From Tubulanus polymorphus (taxonomy: Eukaryota > Animalia > Nemertea), in the NCBI RefSeq assembly GCF_964204645.1, contig NC_134032.1, forward strand, positions 5,816,275 through 5,880,274: a stretch of 64,000 bases of DNA. Direction: 5' to 3'. Shown piece by piece: positions 36,034 through 47,377 of this stretch (within the stretch, counting starts at the first letter, position 1; each line of letters starts with the position of its first letter). Below the pieces are notes generated by a model, which saw only the letters and a program-made list of their open reading frames with translations, was not told the DNA's origin and ran no database searches. A program made the translations under genes and the position numbers.

Positions 36034-39000
36034 CCCTGCGCACCTATCTAGCAGAAGACAAGTATAACTATTTACGCTATTAAAACGCGGCCCCATGCGC
36101 GCATATCTAGCAGAAGACAAGTAAAACTATTTACACTACTAAAACGCGCCCCCCTGCGCGCATATCTAGCAGAAGACAAGTAAAACTATTTACACTATTA
36201 AAACGCGGCCCCCTGCGCGCATATCTAGCAGAAGACAAGTAAAACTATTAAACCGCGGCCCCCTGCGCGCATATCTAGCAGAAGACAAGTAAAACTATTA
36301 AAACTTTTAAAACGCGGCCCCCTGCGCACCTATCCAGCAGAAGACAAGTAAAACTATTTACACTATTAAAACGCGGCCCCCTGCGCACCTATCCAGTAGA
36401 AGAAGTAAAACTTAGTAAAACTATTAGTTCAGAATCAAATAGAAATATAGCGGCCCCCTGCGCACCTATCTAGCAGAAGACAAGTAAAACTATTTACACT
36501 ATTAAAACGCGGCCCCCTGCGCGCATATCTAGCAGAAGACAAGTAAAACTATTTACACTATTAAAACGCGGCCCCCTGCGCACCTATCTAGCAGAAGACA
36601 AGTAAAACTATTTACACTACTAAAACGCGGCCCCCTGCGCGCATATCTAGCAGAAGACAAGTAAAACTATTAAAACTATTAAACCGCGGCCCCCTGCGCA
36701 CCTATCCAGCAGAAGACAAGTAAAACTATTAAAACTATTAAACCGCGGCCCCCTGCGCACCTATCCAGCAGAAGACAAGTAAAACTATTTACGCTATTAA
36801 AACGCGGCCCCCTGCGCACCTATCTAGCAGAAGACAAGTAAAACTATTAAAACTTTTAAAACGCGGCCCCCTGCGCACCTATCCAGCAGAAGACAAGTAA
36901 AACTATTTACACTATTAAAACGCGGCCCCCTGCGCACCTATCCAGTAGAAGAAGTAAAACTTAGTAAAACTATTAGTTCAGAATCAAATAGAAATATAGC
37001 GGCCCCCTGCGCACCTATCTAGCAGAAGACAAGTAAAACTATTTACACTATTAAAACGCGGCCCCCTGCGCACCTATCTAGCAGAAGACAAGTAAAACTA
37101 TTTACACTATTAAAACGCGGCCCCCTGCGCACCTATCCAGTAGAAGACAAGTAAAACTATTTACACTATTAAAACGCGGCCCCCTGCGCACCTATCTAGC
37201 AGAAGACAAGTAAAACTATTTACACTATTAAAACGCGGCCCCCTGCGCACCTATCCAGTAGAAGAAGTAAAACTTAGTAAAACTATTAGTTCAGAATCAA
37301 ATAGAAATATAGCGGCCCCCTGCGCACCTATCTAGCAGAAGACAAGTAAAACTATTTACACTATTAAAACGCGGCCCCCTGCGCGCATATCTAGCAGAAG
37401 ACAAGTAAAACTATTAAAACTTTTAAAACGCGGCCCCCTGCGCACCTATCCAGCAGAAGACAAGTAAAACTATTAAAACTTTTAAAACGCGGCCCCCTGC
37501 GCACCTATCCAGCAGAAGACAAGTAAAACTATTAAAACTTTTAAAACGCGGCCCCCGCGCACCAATCCAGCAGAAGACAAGTAAAACTATTAAAACTATT
37601 AAACCGCGGCCCCCTGCGCACCTATCCAGCAGAAGACAAGTAAAACTATTAAAACTTTTAAAACGCGGCCCCCTGCGCACCAATCCAGCAGAAGACAAGT
37701 AAAACTATTAAAACTTTTAAAACGCGGCCCCCTGCGCACCTATCCAGCAGAAGACAAGTAAAACTATTTACACTATTAAAACGCGGCCCCCTGCGCACCT
37801 ATCTAGCAGAAGACAAGTAAAACTATTTACACTATTAAAACGCGGCCCCCTGCGCACCTATCCAGTAGAAGAAGTAAAACTTAGTAAAACTATTAGTTCA
37901 GAATCAAATAGAAATATAGCGGCCCCCTGCGCACCTATCTAGCAGAAGACAAGTAAAACTATTTACACTATTAAAACGCGGCCCCCTGCGCGCATATCTA
38001 GCAGAAGACAAGTAAAACTATTAAAACTTTTAAAACGCGGCCCCCTGCGCACCTATCCAGCAGAAGACAAGTAAAACTATTAAAACTTTTAAAACGCGGC
38101 CCCCTGCGCACCTATCCAGCAGAAGACAAGTAAAACTATTAAAACTTTTAAAACGCGGCCCCCTGCGCACCTATCCAGCAGAAGACAAGTAAAACTATTA
38201 AAACTTTTAAAACGCGGCCCCCTGCGCACCTATCCAGCAGAAGACAAGTAAAACTATTAAAACTTTTAAAACGCGGCCCCCGCGCACCAATCCAGCAGAA
38301 GACAAGTAAAACTATTAAAACTATTAAACCGCGGCCCCCTGCGCACCTATCCGGCAGAAGACAAGTAAAACTATTAAAACTTTTAAAACGCGGCCCCCTG
38401 CGCACCAATCCAGCAGAAGACAAGTAAAACTATTAAAACTTTTAAAACGCGGCCCCCTGCGCACCTATCCAGCAGAAGACAAGTAAAACTATTAAAACTA
38501 TTAAACCGCGGCCCCCTGCGCACCTATCCAGCAGAAGACAAGTAAAACTATTAAAACTTTTAAAACGCGGCCCCCTGCGCACCAATCCAGCAGAAGACAA
38601 GTAAAACTATTAAAACTTTTAAAACGCGGCCCCCTGCGCACCTATCCAGCAGAAGACAAGTAAAACTATTAAAACTTTTAAAACGCGGCCCCCTGCGCAC
38701 CCACCCAGCAGAAGACAAGTAAAACTATTAAAACTATTAAACCGCGGCCCCCTGCGCACCTATCCAGCAGAAGACAAGTAAAACTATTAAAACTTTTAAA
38801 ACGCGGCCCCCTGCGCACCAATCCAGCAGAAGACAAGTAAAACTATTAAAACTTTTAAAACGCGGCCCCCTGCGCACCTATCCAGCAGAAGACAAGTAAA
38901 ACTATTAAAACTATTAAACCGCGGCCCCCTGCGCACCTATCCAGCAGAAGACAAGTAAAACTATTAAAACTTTTAAAACGCGGCCCCCTGCGCACCAATC

Positions 39001-39811
39001 CAGCAGAAGACAAGTAAAACTATTAAAACTTTTAAAACGCGGCCCCCTGCGCACCTATCCAGCAGAAGACAAGTAAAACTATTAAAACTTTTAAAACGCG
39101 GCCCCCTGCGCACCCACCCAGCAGAAGACAAGTAAAACTATTAAAACTATTAAACCGCGGCCCCCTGCGCACCTATCCAGCAGAAGACAAGTAAAACTAT
39201 TAAAACTTTTAAAACACGGCCCCCTGCGCACCCATCCAGCAGAAGACAAGTAAAACTATTTACACTATTAAACCGCGGCCCCCTGCGCACCTATCCAGCA
39301 GAAGACAAGTAAAACTATTAAAACTTTTAAAACGCGGCCCCCTGCGCACTTATCCAGCAGAAGACAAGTAAAACTATTTACACTATTAAACCGCGGCCCC
39401 TTGCGCACATATCCAGCAGTAGACAAGTAAAACTTAGTAAAACTATTAAACCGCGGCCCCTTGCGCACATATCCAGCAGTAGACAAGTAAAACTTAGTAA
39501 AACTATTAAACCGCGGCCCCCTGCGCACCTATCCAGCAGAAGACAAGTAAAACTATTTACACTATTAAAACGCGGCCCCCTGCGCACCTATCCAGCAGAA
39601 GACAAGTAAAACTTAGTAAAACTATTAAACCGCGGCCCCTTGCGCACATATCCAGCAGTAGACAAGTAAAACTTAGTAAAACTATTAAACCGCGGCCCCC
39701 TGCGCACCTATCCAGCAGAAGACAAGTAAAACTTAGTAAAACTATTAAACCGCGGCCCCCTGCGCACCTATCCAGCAGAAGACAAGTAAAACTTAGTAAA
39801 ACTATTAAACC
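36034..39811. repeat. 59-bp satellite array, ~63 copies
   Basis: Unit CGCGGCCCCCTGCGCACCTATCCAGCAGAAGACAAGTAAAACTATTAAAACTTTTAAAA, with regional variants. Confidence 0.97.
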
Positions 39812-40228
39812 ATGTCATTTTCTATCATCGTACTGAAACTTCGCAATTCTTTATCTAAGAAACTAACGTCACATGGAATTAGGGGTACAAACTAGGGTTA
39901 ATACACTGTTACACAGTATAAAACAAAGAGATTAATTAAGCTGTGATTAAGATGTGATGCACACTAATATACAGCATGAAGACAGTTACAAACTTAACAA
40001 ATCTTAATGATGAGAGCAAACTAGGGCGTAATTATACAATAGTTAAGAATCAAATAGAAATATAGCGGGGCAATTAATCAACAACTTAACAATGAAACAG
40101 TAGATCAAAAAGTAAATTATGTACCGTATCAAGTAGGTTTAACAGAAATGCAAAGTAATCTATTAGAAACAAGCTTTTTGAAAAACCCTTGGAGTCAATA
40201 ACGCAGTTTTATATTTTATGCTCCATGT

Positions 40229-40230
<2 letters not shown>

Positions 40231-40317
<87 letters not shown>
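40231..40317. repeat. (CAG)29 microsatellite
   Basis: 87 bp of uninterrupted CAG. Confidence 0.97.
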
Positions 40318-40318
<1 letters not shown>

Positions 40319-41236
40319 TAGATAAAAATTCACGCGGCCCCCTGCGCGCCTCTCCAGCAGCAGCAGCAGATAGATAAAAATTCGTAGATTCGGCGGAGTA
40401 TTTTGATAAATAATATATACTCTGTATACTGTTCTTAGTGTACCATTTTATGCGCATCTCGATGGTAAAATCATAAACTGGTTGATGGTGGTTATGCATT
40501 TGATTAATTGGTAGAAGTAGGAGTAGTTTCATATCGCATACTACTATGTATATGTATTGCCGTTTCGTAAATAATATCGTGTGGTTTTCACTTTATTAAA
40601 GCGGCCCCCTGCGCGCGGCCTCCTGCGCACGGCCCCGTGCGCACTCTGCAGTTTGATATGACTCACGAGGAGAGAAAATATCGATGAAAAATCAAGACAA
40701 AAATGCTTAAAAAGCGACTTTACAGCAGTTTTATGAACGTGAGTTGATTTAGGGATCATTTGAATTGAAGCAATCTTGTGTCGTGAATTTTCATTTTAAT
40801 ACCTGGTGATTGTTTTGATTGCCATTGAAGTGTAGCGAACATTCACTTACTAATAAATTACACACAACACAAGCAAGGCATTGCCATAGGGATAAGGTTC
40901 TTGGATGTACTCAGCTTTGTTGTGGTAATTATCTGTGTTCATAGCATCAGAGTGGTTGAAAGAGTACTGCACTTTGATATCAAGGGGCTGACACGTAGCA
41001 GTTTTCTGGTATTTAGGCCATAAAATAAATTAGGCCTACTTGAATCTCTTTAGCAGCCGCCTGGAGTTTTTGGTTTACCTTTGTCAGCGATATGATGTTG
41101 GCATTGTGCCAATTCATGTCAAATCGCGGTAAGTTTTTTATGTGAGCATTTGTTTCATTGGTTCTCGGCTTAAAAACGACGTATAATCGATGCGATTGAA
41201 GACATGGTCAACTGAGTTAAAATTCTACGAAAACTG

Positions 41237-41330
41237 TTTTTGGCGGGAAATTTCTTAGCTCTCGCGTATAAAATTGCAATGACCTCGATTGGGGGGCGTT
41301 GTCTCTACGAGCAAATGGGATTGGCTGTTT
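41237..41330. promoter_or_regulatory. Candidate E2F + CCAAT promoter region upstream of the RITA1-like gene
   Basis: TTTTTGGCGGGAAA (E2F consensus) at 41237-41250, and reverse CCAAT boxes (ATTGG) at ~41288 and ~41320 in a locally CpG-richer stretch. Confidence 0.4.
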
Positions 41331-42999
41331 TTGGGATATACGGGGAATTCCGGCGCTACTAAAATAATTATGGGAAAGCTATAGAATGGCGTACGTTTCA
41401 TTTAGGTGCCGTATACGTGCAAATTTTAAATGCTCATTGCTGGTGAGGATGTAATTATTTCACACATCCGCCATAGGTATTGTTTCATTTTAATACCCGG
41501 TGATTGATTTGATTGACATCGAAGTGTAAGTGAACATTCACTTACACAAGGCCTCCACGTGCGCACGGAAATCATTAGATTAGACTGTTGCACACAAACA
41601 TACGCGCGTACAGTATAGACCCTACACTAAAACTATAGTGATACTGTAACGCTGCTTGCTGGCGCGTTTGACATTTCATCAGCAGAAGATGAGCGCTGTG
41701 TTTTCTGTTTGAAAGAATTTGTAATAAATTGTAATTTCCTGTGACCTGTAAATACTAAGCAGCAAACTATAGGTATAGTAGGTCGAGGTCTGAATATTGT
41801 AGTGGTAAATTCCAGGATTTAAAACGATCTAATACGCCGATTCCTGAATGCACCGATATTTTAGCTTCCGCGGCCATACATTCAGCCACCCTCTGATATG
41901 TGACATCATAGGCCTATGAATTTTATTTGAATATTTTTTCATATTATGAAAAATATTTCTTTGAAAATATAAAATAGTTTCCATGCCGCGCCTACCTGTA
42001 CCCTACAAAATTTTGGATGTGGACCGTAAACAAATGTATATCTTTGGTCTTATTTGACTACAAAATAATCCTTTAAGAAAGATAAAATACAATATTTAAA
42101 CTTGTAGAACTTTGAAGTCACGAATTAAAAAGATTTTTCAAGCAATGCCCTTACCCCAAACAACCTCTAGCCTTCAAGGTAAACCACACTTTGCCCATGG
42201 GCAATTTATTTACCTATTGAAGCTACAATTTAACATAGCAAGACCTCAGAGGTCTTGCTAGTCTTCATATAGGCTAGCTATCATTAGAGATTGCGGAATA
42301 CTTTATATAGAATATAAAATATAAACCTCCCTCCTCGATGGTTTTTTTACAACTTCTGATGAGAATAAAGTAATTTATTTTACATGGCCTTACTGTTGGA
42401 AAGATCAGGGTTTAGATAAAGGTTCCTTGTGTTTCTTATATATGGGCTTACACTCGGACTGGCGGTAGTTGCGTTGTCAGAAGCCTGAGTGTCTTCAACT
42501 TCTTAGTCATGAACATGACGCTGGTAGTCCCTATCATTTCGTAAATGGAGTTCCTTGTTGGATGATGACTGGGCGATTCAACTGGAGTGATGAGGAGTTT
42601 TGTCACGAGTAAGAGAGATGTTATGGACGCTATTTCTCACAGCGTGATCTGAATTATGCGCAGCAGAAGTTGCACACGACATGTCCTCTTTATTCGATTA
42701 CTTCACCACAAATGCCGTTTGAACACTAGTTTCAAAATCATTAAAATAGCTGGGTTTTCATCTTTCGCGTCCTGACATACAAATAACCTGTGTGGTATGG
42801 ATTGTGTTCCAGTTCCTCGTTGATTTAATGAAAAAACCTTGTTTTGATAGGGCCCTATTGATTTTATTTTTGCAATTGGCAAATACCATTTGACAAAAAA
42901 TGCTGTAATGGTAAAATAAAGGCTTCTTAAAATTTCGTCATTGAAAAGAACCCATTTTCCTAATTTCAGCAGCTTTTCAAAAAATGATGAGAACAAGTG

Positions 43000-43303
43000 A
43001 TGAGAAATAACAATATCAACGCCATGCCGACGAAATCAGTGTCAGATGATCTGAGCGTATCAGGCAGTCGGCCCGCGAGTGCTCGGGGCGTATCGGGTGC
43101 CCAGGCTGGTAATCAACCAGCTACACCTCTGGCCACGCGTTCTAAACGTAACTCGTATAAGAAAGTCGGCGAAACGTCGTACGTCGATGAATTGTTATTT
43201 GGTCGACCCATCGCAGAAACAAGCTTCGAGGCCCCATGGGGTGAACAGAAAGATCTGCGGAGTGCCCGTCCCCTTTTGTGGTCTCCGCCCTCCACCGGGA
43301 CAG
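43000..43303 (+). CDS. RITA1: RBPJ-interacting and tubulin-associated protein 1-like, coding exon 1
   Basis: YKKVGETSYVDELLFG (RITA conserved repeat), FEAPW and LLWSPP (hydrophobic-W-x-P CSL-binding-type motif). Acceptor TTTCAG at 42969, donor ACAG|GTTTGT in phase 1. The start could alternatively be gccATG at 43024. Confidence 0.85.
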
Positions 43304-43689
43304 GTTTGTATTTATCAGCTCACTACAGACTACTTGATCTGAGGCACACATCTGTGTACTGTCTTGGGGATCATTGCGTCATGGAAAGAGGCGGAATTGA
43401 CCGTGTCCAATGTTTTAGGTTATGGAATTGAACAAAAATGATCTAAGACTGATCTTAAATTGTTAGGTTGGCTACAGAATCAAAATGAGCTCAGACTGGT
43501 CTTGAGCTCTTAGTTCGACTATAGAACCAGGAGCTTAGATTGGTCCTTAGTTGTGTGATTGGTCTTGATTCAAGTTGTCAACTCATTACCTGCCCTTATG
43601 ACGTGATTCCAAAAGTCACCCTTAATCTTAAAACTAACTGTGAGTTGTTAGATTGGCTAAACAACTAAGTCGGTCTTAGACAGTTAACG

Positions 43690-43835
43690 TCCCACGATCC
43701 CAGCCAACTCTATAGAGGGGAATGTTTGTAAAAGTTTACACCCTATGATCCCAGCCAACTCAACAGAGGGGAATATTTGAAACAATTTACGCCCTTCGAT
43801 CCCAGCCAACTCTACGGAGGGGAATATTTGAAACA
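43690..43835. repeat. Three ~51-bp degenerate repeats with a GATCCCAGCCA core
   Basis: GATCCCAGCCAACTC...AGGGGAAT x3. Confidence 0.7.
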
Positions 43836-44105
43836 TGATTGTAGACATTTTCGACGATTAGAATCAGTCCAATATTGGTGGATTAATTTCAAATACCAGT
43901 CCTATGTGATTAGTCTCTACTGGAACTATTTAACCCTTTCAATGCCACATAGTGTCTCCGCTGCTGTACCGGAGGGAATTTAGGGGTTTATAGGGGTATA
44001 TTTGAAACTTCATAGAATAATTACCATGGTATCTGACACAGAAAATTTATATAGCATGTTGTTGATAACTTTTGGGCCAACAATGTAGACATAAATAATT
44101 TGGAT

Positions 44106-44443
44106 CATCCTCCCTCTGCAGAGACTCGAACCTGATGGCATCGCTACACTCAGCCACGGCACGAACCCCTGCATCAGTAGACCGGGTGCGCAGGTACATG
44201 CGCAGCTTTCCGAACGAAAACTGGCGGCACCAATCAGATTGCTCGTTGTATAATCGTTGAGGCAAATTTCAAGGAAGAACTATAAATGGGAAAACCCGGG
44301 CTAAAATAAAACGGGATTTCTGATTGGCTAAAAATCACATCATCTGAACTGCGCATGTATCTGCGCACACGGTCGATTATGGCAGGGTTTCGTGCCGTGG
44401 CAATCTCGATGCCATCAGGTTCGAATCCCTGCCGGGGAGGATG
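44106..44443. mobile_element. Mutator-like MITE with 9-bp TSD
   Basis: TSD AATTTGGAT at 44097-44105 and 44444-44452. ~100-bp imperfect TIRs CATCCTCCC... / ...GGGGAGGATG. Confidence 0.85.
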
Positions 44444-45065
44444 AATTTGGATATAAGTGAACTTGAGGTCAAGGTCACATACTCCAAGATGGCCGCCATT
44501 AAAAAAAATTCACGAATAAGTTTCAGATAAACTGCTCTGTCTACCAGCAAAATGCACTGATCTATTCAATTCCAACTGAAATCAAATGCCATACCGTATT
44601 TTCCGGTGTATAAGTTGAGTTATTGAGACCAAAAATCATGTCCAAAAAAACGTAGGTCGACTTATACACCGGCTACACTTTCGATATCGTTTTAAACTGA
44701 CGAACGATGTTTAGAGTTCAAGGTCGCCATGATGAAATGGAATATTAATTCATGTTAGGCTACACTCATATACCAATTAGAATTTAGGATGTTGATAAAA
44801 ATAGTTTCTTATAGTTTGGAAATGTTTCAAAATTAACTAATGTTAAAAATCAAAAGAGAAAGAAAACTGCGTATATTCATTGTACAGTGTTTATATAAGC
44901 CGCGATGCTGTGGCAGCGTGCCAATAATCAATACACAGTCAGTCTAATACTAGACTACAGGCGCGCAGCATTCAACGTATACACTATACATTCAACACGT
45001 GGATACAAACAATGAGCACTAATCCGGTAATTTAATATTAGAAACAACAGATCCCAATGATTTAA

Positions 45066-47377
45066 CACTTTGACTGCGGCACCCGAGTTAACTCGGGTTC
45101 TAAGGCCCGATTTTTTACTGCGGCGCCCGAGTTAACTCGTTTTTATGCACCCGTTCAGTGGCGACTCCTGTTTTTGGGAAACGGTACCACGGAACTATTA
45201 TTTGTTCACGAATGCAACTAACAGGCTTCCATACTGCATTCTAATGTTGATTTCGAATCGATTTTGTTATTGTACGGGTAGGTAGAGGCGCTGAATGTAC
45301 AGTGCTTATCTATGGGTGAGTTTCAAAACAAAGATGGCTGCGCCCAGGAGACAAGGTGGTAGACAGCTAACGGACTTAGAAATAAGCGAAATATTTGCCG
45401 ACAGTGATTCGGAAAATGAACTTTTCGATGAACAAAATGCTGCAGCAGATGATGAGGAGGCCAGGTTAAGCTCTGAGGCTTCGGAAATTGAATCAAACGG
45501 TGAATCAAATGATGCGCATGATTTGGACTCTGAAAATAATTCTGAAATTTCGGCCAGCGGCAGTGATGAATCGAACGATGATGATATAGCCCCAGTGGCC
45601 GCCCCAGCCCCCCCACCAGTTCAACGTGGTAGAGGCTTAGTAAGGAGGGGTGCTAGAGGTAGAGGGGCAAATCGTGGACGTGGTCGGGGCCGTGTTCCAG
45701 CTAATAGGCCTGATCCGGATGCAGGATGGAGTGACACTAATGTGCAGCCAGTTGTTGGTGCCTTTACAGGTACACCTGGATTGAATGTAAACATGGACAG
45801 TGATGAGCCTATTGATTATTTTAGGCTTTATGTAACTGATGAACTTATAGACATTCTAGTTACTCAGACTAATTTGTATGCTTCTCAATTTATTAGAGAT
45901 GCACAGCTGAAGCCTAAATCGAGGGTCCACGCATGGAAAGATGTTGACGCACAAGAAATGTGGCGTTTCCTTATGCTACTCTTCATGATGGGTATTATAA
46001 AAAAACCCACTATAAACATGTATTGGTCTAAAAAGAAAACAGTCAGAACTCCATTTTTCAATGAAACCATGCCTCGTGATCGATTTCTGCTGATATTGAA
46101 ATTTTTTCATTGTAACGACAACGATGCTCGTCCTGGTGACAACCAGGATCGGTTATACAAAGTCCGCCCTGTCTATGATCACCTCACACGCAAATTTACC
46201 GAAGTTTACACGCCCACGGAACATTTATCATTAGACGAAGGGGTGTTGAAGTGGCGCGGGAGACTAGTGTTTCGTTGTTATAACCCCCAAAAGCCCGAAA
46301 AATATGGAATGAAGTCGTACATGGTATCGGAATCCGAATCTGGGTATTTGTACAGTTTTAGTCTCTATTGTGGCATGAACCGGAATGTTCCTACCATATG
46401 TGATGATACCCTACAGCCTTTATATGGTAAGAACTATAAAGTTTACATGGATAACTTCTACAATAGCAGGAAGGTATCCCAGCACTTGCTCAATAATAGG
46501 ACTCACACATGCGGAACTGTTCGTATAAACCGCGGTCTTCCAAAGGCGCTTGTTCAACAAAGCAAAGAACTTCGACGTGGCGATGTCGCTTTCCGTCAAA
46601 AGGATGGAATAATGTTTCTGCTATGGCTAGATAAGAGACTGGTAAAAATGGTATCCACTTTACATGATTCTTCTATGGCAGAAACAGGTAAACAGGATAA
46701 AGATGGAAATCTGATTAGAAAACCGCAATGCATAATTGATTATAACCATTTTATGTCTGGTGTGGACCACTGTGATCAGATGTCGCGTTATTATCCGTGT
46801 GTTTTGAAAACTGTGAAATGGACAAAAAAATAGTACTATATCTCATTCATCTATCAGCAGTGAACAGTTATTTCCTGTATCAAAAGAATCCCAATAAGGA
46901 CAAACTTCATCTTCTGGAATTTTTGGAGCGTATAATTGAATCTATGGCTGAACTTGCGGGTGAAGTTCCCGTGGGACATCAGGCCAATAGGGGACCACAG
47001 GGAGATCCAGTTACAAGGCTTACAGGAGGGGCAGCTAATCATGCATTTGTTTTGATCCCCCCTACTGCCAAGAAACAAAACCCAACCAGAGTATGCAGGG
47101 TTTGCTCAAAAAAGGGCATGAGAAGCGAGTCTAGATATATGTGCCGCAACTGTGAAACCCCCCTTCATCCTGAATGTTACTCTGCATATCACTCCAAAAA
47201 GATTTACTGGGTGTAAAATATCATAAAACCAAAGAATAAAAGACAAGAGTAAGGTAAGACATTATTTTTTCTTCATTTATTGCTCTTTTATTGAAGGACT
47301 ACAAAATTTAACATTTTTTGGAAAAAACGTTAGCACAGGGGTACATACGCGTTTCTAAAATTTCAGCAGTCAAAGTG
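45066..47377 (+). mobile_element. piggyBac transposon, full length (2312 bp)
   Basis: TTAA TSD at 45062-45065 and 47378-47381. Perfect 12-bp TIRs CACTTTGACTGC / GCAGTCAAAGTG. Transposase inside. Confidence 0.95.
45334..47216 (+). CDS. piggyBac (PGBD4-like) DDD transposase with one frameshift in the A7 run at 46824-46830
   Basis: Catalytic motifs LSLDEG, YMDNFY and GVDHCDQ. C-terminal Cys-rich domain CRVC...CRNC...HPEC...YH. Adding one A joins WTKK to IVLYLI. Likely start is AAGATGG at 45334. Confidence 0.9.

Larger units (their letters stand above)
35027..40648. mobile_element. hAT-like non-autonomous element hosting a satellite
   Basis: Termini CAGAGTGCGCAGGGGGCCG / CGGCCCCGTGCGCACTCTG, with clustered subterminal CGGCCCCCTGCGC motifs at both ends. 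No TSD preserved. Confidence 0.6.

Noticed and set aside
40209-40532. Poly-Cys ORF
   Set aside because: It is the antisense reading of the (CAG)29 tract.
43303-45340. CSB-PGBD3-style in-frame RITA-piggyBac fusion
   Set aside because: RITA exon 1 ends in phase 1. The nearest acceptor (TACAG, 45302) is phase 2, and an in-frame TGA lies at 45292-45294, so no in-frame acceptor was found.
46820-46833. Programmed -1 ribosomal frameshift at A AAA AAA in the transposase
   Set aside because: It is formally slippery, but frameshifting is not an established piggyBac mechanism and I saw no clear stimulatory structure. A simple indel is more parsimonious.
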